Of a stretch of 64,000 nucleotides of DNA, positions 1 to 12,938 are shown one piece after another. Below the pieces are notes generated by a model. The model made no database searches and had not been told where the DNA came from. It was given only the letters and a program-made list of their open reading frames with translations. The stretch is from Eledone cirrhosa (taxonomy: Eukaryota), in assembly GCA_964016885.1 (NCBI GenBank), contig OZ024745.1, positions 125,426,001-125,490,000 on the forward strand, in the 5' to 3' direction. Position 1 is the first letter of the stretch; every line of letters begins with the position of its first letter. The position numbers and the translations under genes were made by a program.

Positions 1-689
1 TTTTGACTTACAACTATTAATAAATATAATTTTGCCAAACTTACTTTAGTAAAATAAACTATACTAGATTTTCTCTAATGTAAAATACTATATATTTATT
101 TAAATAATTTATAATCCTTAACATACACATCTAAACCAATATATTATTACTAATACATCTTAATATAATATAAAGACTTCTGTTTTAATTTTAATTTTTA
201 ATTTTTAATTTTTAATTTTTAATTTTTAATTTTTAATTATTAATTTTTTATTTTTATTTTTTTTTATTTATTTATTTTTTTTTTTTATTTTAATATTAAT
301 TTTTAATATTAATATTAAATTATTAAATTAAATCTTTAATATTAAGGCAAATTTTAATCTTTAATTTTTATTTCTAATTTTTAATTTTAATCTAATTTTT
401 CAACCTATCATTATAAATATTATAATCACAACGTAATGAACCTTACATTATAAATATTATTCTTCCACGTTAATCATATTTCTTCTTTCACTTAGATATA
501 TTTACGCTGTGTATATTTCTCCATTGAAACTTATTTCTTCATTCACTCTATCTTCACTATCAATATGTATAATCGTTCTTTCTTTCCTCTTCTCTCTTTC
601 TCCTTTCTTTTTTTTTCTCTCTCCGTTACATGTCATCTTCTTCCAACAGTTTAATTTAAATAAACCGTTATCTTTTCAACCTTTCGGAC

Positions 690-930
690 ACTCATTTGCA
701 TACTAACTCATAACTTTTTATTACCCTCAATAAAGTATTATCTCCACTATCCAGGAAGCTCCAACCGTTAAAGTTGTCTTTTTTCCGGGTATGTCAATAT
801 TTATTTATAAAACAAATCTGTATTTTATCTGATGAAAGCGCACCCTAATTTTCCTTGGTTGCCCTTGAAATATGTATAATAAAATAAATATGGTTTTATA
901 AATATAGTTTCCATTTATTAATATATTGTA
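690..930 (+). mobile_element. Family A HHR-bearing pseudo-LTR fragment ending at (TA)n
   Basis: Shares 'ttataaaacaaa..tattttatctgatga..aaatatggttttataaatatagtttccatttattaatat' with copies near 36280, 37440, 55880, 61580; left boundary approximate. Confidence 0.6.
821..886 (+). ncRNA. Type I minimal hammerhead ribozyme, family A (PLE pseudo-LTR)
   Basis: tattttat-CTGATGA-aagcgcacc..ggttgccctt-GAAA-tatgta-TA-ataaaata: perfect 8-bp stem I, canonical core, imperfect stem II, short stem III, AUA site. Confidence 0.8.
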
Positions 931-978
931 TATATATATACTTAAGTAAACATTAATGCAATTCGCTTTTCCTTATTC

Positions 979-1150
<172 letters not shown>

Positions 1151-1402
1151 TGGTTAGAGCATTGGGCTTGCAATCGAAAGGCTGTGAGTTCAATTCTCGG
1201 ACCGAGTGAGGTGTTGTTTCCTGAGCAAGACAGTTTATTTCACGTTGCTCCAGTTTACTCAGCTGTAGAAATGAGATGAGGAGGTACCGGCCTGCCCGCC
1301 CAGTCAGTGGGATGGCGTTATCTTATGGCTAAAACAGCACGACGTGCTGTGACCAGCGGCGCCGATTGGCGCCTAACAGACTGGTCGGTCAATGTGGTCA
1401 AG

Positions 1403-1404
<2 letters not shown>
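1151..1404 (+). mobile_element. tRNA-derived CORE-type SINE
   Basis: tRNA-like head (tggttagagc..gagttcaattc) followed by CORE-like 'cctgagcaagacagtttatttcacgttgctccagtttactcagctgtagaaatgag'; related copies at 26560 and 27570. Confidence 0.7.
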
Positions 1405-1475
<71 letters not shown>

Positions 1476-1707
1476 CAGTTAGTTACAGCCTAATTTTACT
1501 CAACCGTAGGGAAGTTAGAACAAAGTCAGAAGGGACGCATACACATTTAAACATGAGCATACATACTTTAAACTTATAATTTTATATAGCTCTGATTAAT
1601 GATTATTTATCTTATTCATTCGTTCATTGAGCCACATCGTTGAAGGTGGTCTACACTCATATACGTATCTATGCTTATGTTGTTTAAATATGTGTCCCTT
1701 CTGACTT

Positions 1708-1740
<33 letters not shown>

Positions 1741-1811
1741 ACACATAAATATATATATATACATACATATTTATATATTTGTGTGTACATATGAATATAT
1801 ATATATATGTG

Positions 1812-1869
<58 letters not shown>

Positions 1870-1959
1870 TGTGTATACATATAAGTATACTTGTATATGA
1901 GAAATGTATCTGCTTGTGTCTGTGTTTGTAAGGTGTATGTCTTGATCTCTGTGAACATT

Positions 1960-2340
1960 TTTTACATCAGCTGCCCTTCGCAGTATCTTTGGGCATATGT
2001 CTTTCGGTCGAAAGAATCTTTTTGATATAATATTAGAGTGGAATGCCAAATCATATAGAGCTTCTCAGTTGCACAGGCGGCATTCCTAAATGTATTTGCA
2101 TTATCTAGTACTGACCTTATGATGATGTTTGTCATTGTGTTGTCTCTTGATTTCTAAATTTGATTTGACAGTAATATGGAGTTTTCGAGGAGGTGATGTC
2201 GAAATGGGTTGTGTTCATACAAGTGTCTTTCGGATAAGTGATCTGTAAACCCTCTTTAGCGTTTTTATACATTTCTGGCGAATACATCGACAAGGTTTGC
2301 AATACCTTTCTCTGAACATTTAGATTGTAAATATCTAGTA
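1960..2340 (-). pseudogene. Degraded PLE GIY-YIG endonuclease C-terminal remnant
   Basis: Minus strand reads CRLCN*EALY, resembling the CxLCxxEK motif at the end of PLE endonucleases; many stops. Confidence 0.35.
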
Positions 2341-2401
2341 CAGAAATTAAACAAAACTAGATTATATAAACCCCGGAGAATTCATATAATTGTTTCTATT
2401 T

Positions 2402-2570
2402 TGGGCACAAGGCCAGCAATTACCCAGTACATTACTGGTACTTTATTTTATCGACCCCGTAAGGATGAAAGGTAAAGTTAACCTCGGCTGGATTTGAACT
2501 CAGATCATAAAGGGACGTAACTCTATGCTTCAAAGCATGGTGTCCGACTCTCTACCGATACTGAAACCTA
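2402..2570 (-). mobile_element. Abundant tRNA-derived SINE (family S1; central domain gcctttcatccttacggggtcgataaaataaagtaccag, Meta-domain-like)
   Basis: On minus strand: B box gagttcaaatcc and conserved central domain; about 25 copies in window. Confidence 0.85.
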
Positions 2571-3594
2571 CTAACTGTAAAGGACAGCATCCAATACGAC
2601 TAAAAAGTAAGCTTTCCTTCCATATATTAATATAATTCAGAATAAGAAAAAAGTTTTAATGTTACTCTTAAAACAAGTTTAAATCAATGGATTTGTAATA
2701 GTTTTTATGTTCAAGGAATTAATTATAATTCATTCTTTTCGCATCCTTCTTCAAAATAACTTATATCTTTGCAAAGAAATTGCAATGCAAAAAATGTGGT
2801 TGTTTTTTTTTTTTTATCAAATTATAGAGTATCGAGGAATTAGTGTCCTTCTTAGAAGTCTAGTAGAAATCTAGTTTTTAATTTGTCGATATAAAAATTG
2901 TTATAATTTTTATATGTAACTTTTTTTTTTTTTTTTTTTACATCGGAGAATTCTTTAATGTACAATTTTTTCCTAATTCAAAATTTAAAACATCGAAATA
3001 TTGAATAAAATAAAACATCATAAAAGTTTCATTTGGAGTTTTTTACCGTTTTCAAGATCGTCATATATATGCATTATGATAATTTTAAGAATATTGTACA
3101 ATGCATGTTTTTCTATCCTAATTAATGGTTTATTATATATTTTTTTATGTTTATGACGAAGGAGTTGTAAACAGGAATATAATGTAATATTTTTGCTTGT
3201 ATGAATTTAATTATATTTTTCGTTTTAATATTAAGGTTGTCCCGTTAGTTCGAGATACAAATTTTACTAAATCTTTGAAGTTAAAAACTAAATGTATGCT
3301 TCAGAAAAACACATCTTAAAATTAAAATAACTTTTAAAAAATTACAATAAGTTATTTTAATGTTATTTAATTTGGAAATCTCGGAAGATGAAAAATATTG
3401 GAAAATATTATGAAAATAATGTTTTAAGTAACTGACATAAATGTTTATCATACTATGTCTCAATTTAAAAAAAACATACAGAAAACAAATAAAATTTAAA
3501 TGTAAATTAAATTTTAATTCCAATATTAAGTAGAAAAAACTTATCTTGCAGGAAAAAGCAAATAATAATGATGATAATAATTGTTTCTAATGTT

Positions 3595-3945
3595 AGCACA
3601 AGGCCAGCATTAACCCCATTTATCGACCCCATAAGAGGTTCTATCGACCCCATAAGGATGAAAGACAAAGTTAACCTCGGCGGGATTTGAACTCACAACG
3701 TAAAGGGCACAACTCTCTGCTGAAAAACATGGCGTCTGACACGCTACCGATACTGCTAATAATGATTTCTAGTATAGGCTCAAGACCAGTAATTTGGGGA
3801 GAAGGAAAAGTCGATAAAATCGAACCCAGTACGTTACTGGTGCTTTTATTTTATCGACCCCGTAAGGATGAAAGGCAAATTTAACCTCGGCGGGATTTGA
3901 GCTCAGACCGTAAAGGACCGAAACTCTACCGATACTGCCAATTTC
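3595..3945 (-). mobile_element. Two tandem S1 SINE copies
   Basis: Same consensus as 58236-58421. Confidence 0.85.
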
Positions 3946-3959
3946 ACAACAATAATAAT

Positions 3960-4408
3960 CTCGTCGCTGATAGCTTCGCCAAAATCTTAGACTCTGGGTA
4001 TAGCAGATTTATGGGTGTAAAATTATCAATATGGACCCCAATGTTTGGATACTTTCTCAGCAGCCCATCAGCTCACAGAACTTGGAAATCCCTCCTTCTG
4101 CTGTCATTTGGCGTTAACGTCCGTTAAGATTTCGCCTAACAAACCTGCCATGTGAGCGTTAAACTTGTAAAGCCGAAATTTTAACCCAGGTGATTTGCCT
4201 TTCGTACAACAAGTCATCACCCCCTGTACAACATCAGCCATTGTTATTGGTTTTTCGTAATACTCTTCCTCCATTGCGGTGAGCTGCGGCAGCCTTACGA
4301 GATAGGCACTAAAGTTGATCCCGTGATCCAGCCGTTACTTCTCTAGAGTATCCGAGGGAAGTATCGCTGAAAATCGAATAACATGCGTCCTTTGTGGTCG
4401 AATGTGGC
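3960..4408 (-). pseudogene. Tx1/L1-clade LINE ORF2 remnant (RT N-terminal part)
   Basis: Minus translation LPQLTAMEEEYYEKPITMADV..GKSPGL..IDNFTPINLLYPESKILAKL matches the L1/Tx1 RT motifs GKSPGxDG and NFRPIxLLNxDxKIxAK. Confidence 0.7.
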
Positions 4409-4416
4409 TTGAGAGT

Positions 4417-6179
4417 AAAGCAGAAAGGTAGAGGAGGCAGAATCAGCTGCTGCACGCAATGACATGCGTTCTGTGTACCAAATTGCCAAGAAAATCACCG
4501 GCAGCTCTAGAGCTAACTCAGGCCCGGTGAAAGCGAAAGATGGTACGCTGCTTTCCAAGGGTGAAGAAAAGTTAGTCAGATGGGCTGAACATTTCAAGGA
4601 AGTCCTCAACCGACCGGAGCCACGTATGCCAGCAGGCCCTAAGGAACCTATTAGTTTGTTACCTATCAATACTGATGACTTCACAAAGAAGGAAGTCCGC
4701 TTTGCCATCAAAACCCTTAAGAATAACAAGTCACCAGGTATGGATGGAATTTCTGCTGAAATGCTGAAGTCAGGAGGCGAAAGCATGGTCAAGTGGATGG
4801 GCCACTTATGTAATCTTGTGTGGAACACGGGTGAAGTCCCAGAAGACTGGAGAAACGGAGCGGTTGTCTGTATCCCCAAGAAGGGCAACCTTGCCGATTG
4901 TGACAACTGGAGGGGAGTGACACTTCTCTCCATACCAGGGAAGGTCTATTGTCTAGTGATCCTGAACCGCATGCGTGGCATGGTAGACCGGGAACTGCGA
5001 GAACAACAGACAGGGTTCCGACCAAAACGTTCCTGTACAGAGTAGATCTTTACGCTACGCCGCATCATTGAGAGGTACAACGAATTCCAGAGTCCCCTCG
5101 CTATCAGCTTCATTGATTTCACCAAAGCATTCAATAGCATTCATCGGCCGTCGCTCTCGAGCATCATACATGAGTATGGTCTGCCCCAGAAAGTCATTTC
5201 GGCAATCAAACAGATTTACGTGCTGCATACGGACAGGGGATGGTTACAGTGACTGGTTTCAGGTGGTTACTGGCGTGCGTCAAGGTTGCTCGCTCTCTCC
5301 AATTCTCTTTGCCATAGCCATTGACTGGCTACTAAGAAGAGCGCCTAAAGATCAGGGTATATCTTGGGTGGGAGAGCAAAAGTTGTCTTACCTGGACTTT
5401 GCGGACGATATTGCTGCACTTGCAGAGAGCACAGCTGACCTGCAAATCATTGTGAACAATATCAATGTCGAAGCAGGAAGCTTAGGTCTCAATATCAGTG
5501 CCAAGAAGACCAAAAGCATGTTATCTGGGACACACCCACCACTAACCAGTGTCTTCATTGAACAAGGGGAGGTGGAGATAGTAGACAACTTCACCTACCT
5601 ACGAAGCGCCATTAACAATGAGCGCACCATGGACAGTGAACTGCAATGTAGAATGGGAAAGGCTTCAGCAGCATTTAACCAGCTTGACAAGATCTGGAAG
5701 AGCAGGAAGTTCACCCTCAAAACAAAGATGAGATTCTAAAACAGCAACGTGCTGTCCACACTCTTGTATGGAAGTGAAACATGGCACCTTAAGACCAGCT
5801 AAGAGAAGAAGTTGGACGCATTCGATTACAGATGTCTGCGAAAGATCCTGGGGATTAAATGGAGTGACCATGTAACAAACCAGGAAGTCAGGAACCGCAC
5901 CAACCAGCAGCTAGTCTCTTCTACCATCTGCAAGCGACGTCTGGGCTGGTTTGGACACGCTTTGAGACTTCCCCCGGAGAGACTGGCGAACCAAGTACTT
6001 AAATGGAGCCCGCAGGGAAGCAGACGGAGAGGACGACCCAAAATGAACTGGCGCCAGACAGTTAAGAGGGACCTGCGAGCGACACAGACAATGGCGGGAC
6101 GCTGTGCAACTGGCTGCTGACCGAACGCGATGGAACACTATGATTGCCTCATGCGTCGCAAGACGCGGGAGCTTCTGAG
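4417..6179 (+). mobile_element. 5'-truncated RTE-clade LINE with disrupted reverse transcriptase
   Basis: KSPGMDGISAEMLK, NWRGVTLLSIPGKV, GVRQGCSLSPILF, LDFADDIA, LLYGSETW, RRGRPKMNW; stops at 5043, 5737, 5800 plus frameshift; flanked by ttgagagt duplication (4409-4416, 6180-6187). Confidence 0.92.
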
Positions 6180-6187
6180 TTGAGAGT

Positions 6188-6630
6188 TTGTGGCCCACCA
6201 TAAACCGAATTGCAGTTTGATCACTACGCCAGGCTCAGCCATTCAAGTCCATCGAACGGTTTTCATAGCCGCATAACAAAGAACGCGCAACCTAGCTCAG
6301 ACGACGCAGCATTTCTGCTTTGCATTAGCAAATTGGTTGAGGGCCAATCTCACTGCGAGTAACTCGGCTACGTTACCTTTCTAATGAACCTCTTCTAGGT
6401 TTCTAACTAGCTTTCCCTCGAGTATAATTTTCTTTAATGACAAACCTTTGCTAAACCTCCTCGATTTTAACGTAATAAAACTTTTCAGGGCGACTCACCA
6501 TCTGCTGTTGACAGTTGCACCCGTCAACACTCGCTTAACTAATTTACTAACCCGGTCTAGAAAGATGGTCGCTATTATGAGATTCAGACCTTTCCGAAAC
6601 AAAGCAGCGAATCTTTCCTCCTCTAGATAC
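6188..6630 (-). pseudogene. Tx1/L1-clade ORF2 remnant (EN-RT linker), upstream half of the element split by the RTE
   Basis: FLDRVSKLVKRVLTGATVNSRW*VALKSFI..; reading continues across the TSD into 4408. Confidence 0.6.
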
Positions 6631-6711
6631 TTGTAACTCAATACCGCAAAGCATGTTGCAGGACGTTCTGCCGACACTGCCAACCCACCACTCTCAATAA
6701 TAATAATAATA

Positions 6712-7240
6712 AGCACAAGGCCAGCAATTTGAAGGAGGCGATTAAATCGACCCTCAGAGCATTACTGGTGCTTTATTTTATCGACCCAGTAAGGATGAAA
6801 GGCAAACCTTACCTCAGTGGGATTTGAACTCAGAACGTAAAGGTACATAACTCTATGCCACAAAGTATGGTGTCCGATGCTCTACCGATACGGCCAATCC
6901 ACCGCCTTAATAGTGATTTCTACTATAGGCACAAGGCCAGCAATTATTTGGGGGGAAGGGGAAAGTCAATTAAATCGACCCCGGTGCGTTACTGGTACTT
7001 TATTTTTCGACCCCGTAAGGATGGAAGACAAAGCTAACTTCGGTGGGATTTGAACTCAGAGCGTAAAGGGACGTAACTCTATACCGCGAAGCATGGTGTC
7101 CGACGCTCTACCGATATTGCCTTAATAATAATTGTTTCTACTTTTGCCACAAGGCCAGCAAATTACCCAGTGCATTACTGGTACTTTATTTTATCGACCC
7201 CGTAAGGATGAAAGGTAAAGTTAAACTCGGCGGGATTTGA
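6712..7240 (-). mobile_element. Three tandem S1 SINE copies
   Basis: Repeated gcacaaggccagcaat..tcgaccccgtaaggatgaaagg..gatttgaactcag. Confidence 0.85.
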
Positions 7241-7589
7241 TGTTAACTTCACCTTCCATCCTTACGGGGTCAATAATAACCATTCTTGATGGGTCTTCTC
7301 TCTCCCCATAATTTTAGCCCATGTCTTTCGCTGTTTTCTTGGATTTTTCATTTGGTTGTGTTTCCCTCTCTTTTTTCTCTCTCTCTATCTATCTATTTAT
7401 CTCTACCTCTATCTCAAACTCTCTATCACACTCTTTCTCTTTCACACTCTCTCTCATTCACGCTCTTTTACTTTGAAGAGAAATTTACTTTTGAAGTACA
7501 AACATATTTAATCCTGGATCGTTTGAAGATGAACTTGCGGTTAAAATAACCATATTCGAGAATAAAATTCTGTTTAGTAATATATATCG

Positions 7590-7810
7590 GTAAAATGCTT
7601 CCGGAAGACTAAATATTGTTTCACAGTTAATAGTTGGAGATTTTAATTACCAAGAAATTAATTGGCACAAAAATGAAACTATGAGGGGACTAGATAATAC
7701 AGCAAATAATTTTACAAAAACCTGAGCAAAATTATCTTGCACACCATGTATTTGAAATTACAAGAACGGGGTCGAGGAGATAGAGCAAGTGCGTTAGTTC
7801 TAATATTGGT
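7590..7810 (+). pseudogene. CR1/L2-like LINE AP-endonuclease fragment
   Basis: LIVGDFNYQEINW motif, followed by RGRGDRASALVLI. Confidence 0.55.
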
Positions 7811-7819
7811 TTCTTATAT

Positions 7820-8190
7820 AGGCACAAGGTCAGCAATTTTGGGGAGGGGAAAGTCGATTAAATCGACCACGGTACTTTATTTTATCGACCCCGTAAGGAT
7901 GAAAGGCAAAGTTAACCTCGGCGGATTTGAACTCAGAACGCAAAGGGCCATAACTATGCTGCAAAACATGGTGTCTGACACTCTACCGATACTGCCAAAC
8001 CACCGCCCTGTAATAATGGTTTCTAATTTAGGAACAAAGTGAACAAATTTCGGTGAAGGGAAAGTTGATTAAATTGACCCCAGTGCGTTAGCGGTACTTT
8101 ATTATATCGACCCCTTAAGGATGAAAGGCAAAGCTAACCTCGGTGCGATTTGAACTCAGTACGCAAAGCATATTGTCTGACGCTCTAACT
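7820..8190 (-). mobile_element. Two tandem S1 SINE copies
   Basis: Consensus match. Confidence 0.85.
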
Positions 8191-8546
8191 ATGCTGTATT
8201 AATGGCTACATGATTATATTATTACGGAGGTGCTAAACCAATTTACTGCCTTTGTCAAACATTTCGGAGTCAGCTTCTTCACGTATAAATACAGGAGGCC
8301 TCAAGTTAACTGGCTAATAACATCATCCAGGTTCTTATCCACCTTGAGGTATGAACTGAACTGCAACCTAAGCCTACTAACTTTATCATCGGTCCAGTGT
8401 GGCGTAAATTTGCCTCATCTGACTTGTCATGTATGATTATGTTACTAACTCATATTTGTTATATAATCTGAATTTCTGATGTGTTCCATGCCTTGAGATC
8501 TATATGATCCACACATATTGATTGAGTGTTTTATTATGTTATGATG

Positions 8547-9337
<791 letters not shown>

Positions 9338-9404
9338 TGTATGTATATATATATATTTTTAATATAGATAATATATATATATATATATTATATATATATA
9401 TATA

Positions 9405-9965
<561 letters not shown>

Positions 9966-10373
9966 TTGTATATATATATATATATATATTTAATATAGAT
10001 AATATATATGTACGTCAATACTCATCTTTTTCCATTTCTCCGAGGGTTCATAACCCCACTATCAGGCTACATAATTTCTTTAATTTCTTTAGTCAAAATA
10101 CGGCGATAGCTTACATTTCTAATAATTTCAAACCCACTCGCTGTTTCGAAAATATTCTTACATATATGCATATATATACATATATATATACACAGAGGTA
10201 TCTACAGTAAGTTGTGGGGTCTATTCTGCACGAAGAACTCGATGTAATCCATATGTTGAAAATGTTGAAGGTTAAGATAAATCTCAGAAAACAATAAAAC
10301 ATTAAAAGGAAAACAGAGTCATGATATAAGTTAAAACAGTGAAATAAAAAATCAAGTCATTAGAGATATACTT

Positions 10374-10515
10374 CACTGCTTTACGATCGTTTCTAGACGA
10401 TAATAATACATTATAGCTATACTCCGTTATTGATCTATGTAAGGTTAGTTACAAAATATCAGATAAAGAGAATATTTACTTACATGCATATCACCAGCTG
10501 TTTTCAAAAGCAATA
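10374..10515 (-). ncRNA. HHR family B, U3-A8 core, long stem II
   Basis: tattgctt-TTGAAAA-cagctggtgat..attatcgtcta-GAAA-cgatcg-TA-aagcagtg. Confidence 0.7.
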
Positions 10516-11950
10516 ATAATTCTATTCAGAATTAGTAGTATGTTAGTATCATGTCCTTATTTGGGGATAGTTGAAGAACTAACGAATCAAATTGTTTTTT
10601 TCATATGGTGTTAAGATGAAAAGTAATACACTTTAGTTGAGGTCATGACCCTTTGAAAGGAATGGTTGAATGGTTGAATTGATATGGATATCCATAAATA
10701 TAACAAAGTTCATATATAAAGAACTTAGAAAAACTATAAGAAAGCAAATACCACCGCACTAACATCCTTGAACAACATATGTGATATAGTAAAAATCTCC
10801 AGATTGAAGATAGGACTGAGCCTTTCACGCCTAAAACCCCGCACTTCAATCTGAAAGACCATTAATCTGACTTTAACTCGAATCCATCTAAATCTGATAT
10901 CGGTAATATCAGCAAAAAGATTATTGATCGTATCATTCAGCAAATTAGAAAATGTGTATCACTTCCACTATGGGATAACACTTCCCAAGTTATTGAATGG
11001 TTCACTAGCATTGGGAATAAAAACTCAGCTTCATTCATTCAATTCGACATCGATTCTTACTATTCTTCGATTTTCTTCAATTCTTTTAAACAAAACACTG
11101 ATCTTTGCCAGAAATAGATCGGATTTATCTACTGAGGAAATCAATATCATAACTCACGCTAGAAAAACCTTACTAAACTTCCAAGAAGAATACTGGACAA
11201 GAAACACATATAACAACTTATTCGATATTACGATGGGATCCATGGACTCTGCTCACGTTACAGACCTCGTTGGACTATTTCTCCTCTATAATATTCATGA
11301 CTCTTTTCCCCACCTCAAAGATGGTCTTTATCGGATCATTGTCTATTGTTATCTAACAATCTTAGCAATTCCAATATAGAAAAAAAAAACAAAAACAAAT
11401 TAGAAAATTCCACAAGGACTATTACAGCCTTAGCATCACTTTTGAAAACACTTCAAAAGTAGCTAATTTCCTTGATGTTACCTTAGACCTCTCTACGAAT
11501 ACTTATCAACCTTACCACAAACCTAACCAGAATCTACATCATGTACATTCACGCTCTATACTCAAGAACTTAGTTTATAACATATCTCTTAGACTTTCTA
11601 AATTATCTTCCAATTTATATTCACCTTATATTTATATTAACCTTAATTTATATTCACCTAAAAGCTCAATACAACACTAATCACCATTTATTTTGACATT
11701 CTTTTTAACTTCACTATACCAGAAACATTCAACTAGCAATTTGACAATCCCTTTCCTCCTAATAGATTGTTATGCCAATTCTACTATTAACACCATTCAA
11801 CCATTCCTTTCAAAGGGTCATGTCCTCCACTAAAGTGTATTACTTTTCATCTTAACACCATATGAAAAAAACAATTTGATTCGTTAGTTCTTCAAATACC
11901 TCCAAATAAGGACATGTTACTAACATACTACTAATTCTGAATAAAATTAT

Positions 11951-12092
11951 TATTGCTTTTGAAAACAGCTGGTGATATGCATGTAAGTAAATATTCTCTG
12001 TATCTGATATTTTGTAACTAACCTTACATAGATCAATAACGTAGTATAGCTACAATGTATTATCATCATCTAGAAACGATCGAAAAGCAGTG
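11951..12092 (+). ncRNA. HHR family B, U3-A8 core, cleavage triplet mutated (GAA), probably inactive
   Basis: tattgctt-TTGAAAA-cagctggtg..catcatcta-GAAA-cgatcg-AA-aagcagtg. Confidence 0.55.
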
Positions 12093-12362
12093 AAGTATAT
12101 CTCTAATGACTTGATTTTTTATTTCATTGTTTTAACTTATATATATATATATATATTTCGTTTCTGAATTTGTTTAGCAAGATTCTTTATCTGAAATCGT
12201 GTGTTGAAACCGATATTGTTATACTTTGGGAGGGTTATGTTGCCAATAAGAAACACACGCACCAGTTGCTTTCACTTCAATTTATTATATATTTATAAAT
12301 TTATAAATTTATACATTTCTGGTTGGTTGGTTGGTTCCACAACCAGATAGTTGTTTATATAT

Positions 12363-12407
12363 AGTCATAGTTCTTTCGTCACACACTCTATGACCTCTTC
12401 AGTGACT
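12363..12407 (-). ncRNA. HHR family C
   Basis: agtca-CTGAAGA-g-gtcata-gagtg-tgtgac-GAAA-gaac-TA-tgact: perfect 5-bp stem I, 6-bp stem II, CUA site. Confidence 0.8.
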
Positions 12408-12607
12408 GGAGATTCCTTTCTTTGTTTCTGTGCCTCTCCTTTGTTCTGTCCTACGCCATTTTGTTTCTGTGTGTGTGTTGTGTGCTCAGTCTGCACATGC
12501 GCCACATCCGGGTGTCTGTGTGTGTTTATCTTCATTTATTTATTTGTTTATTTACATGTTACTGGTTGGTTGTTTGTTCTATGTGTGTGTGTGTTTTCAT
12601 TTTGTCC

Positions 12608-12935
12608 TTAATTGTAAGTTGTGATGTTGCTGTTCCACTCATATTTTCTATTTAATTTTGGTTGTAATCCTTTTATGTTTATTGCCTCTGTAATTTGTCT
12701 AAACATTGCGTCTTTTCTGTGTGTAGATTCTATTTTTATTTCTATGTTCTCTAATTTACCCTTGTGTTCTATTTTAGCATGTTGGTAGAGTACAGATGAT
12801 TCTTTATTATCTTGAAGGTCTCGCCAGTGTTCATTTATCCGTTCCCCTACACTACGAGCTGTCTTACCTATGTACACTATATTTTTGTCTCTACATTGTC
12901 CTTCAGTACATCTTATGCTATACACTACATTTCTA
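12608..12935 (-). pseudogene. PLE GIY-YIG endonuclease domain (frameshifted from the RT near 12940)
   Basis: VVYSIRC..VYIGKTARSVGERINEH..RQITEAINI..PKLNRKYEW. Confidence 0.9.
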
Positions 12936-12938
12936 GTT

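Larger units (their letters stand above)
10190..12140 (+). mobile_element. 5'-truncated PLE with degraded RT, 3' pseudo-LTR and inverted 5' pseudo-LTR (family B)
   Basis: FDITMGSMDSAHVTDLVGLFLL, GLYR, FLDVTLDLSTNTYQPYHKPN; about 10330-10675 is the reverse complement of about 11790-12140. Confidence 0.8.

Noticed and set aside
2402-8190. Minus-strand bias of S1 SINEs as a functional signal
   Set aside because: Largely explained by local tandem clustering; sample too small
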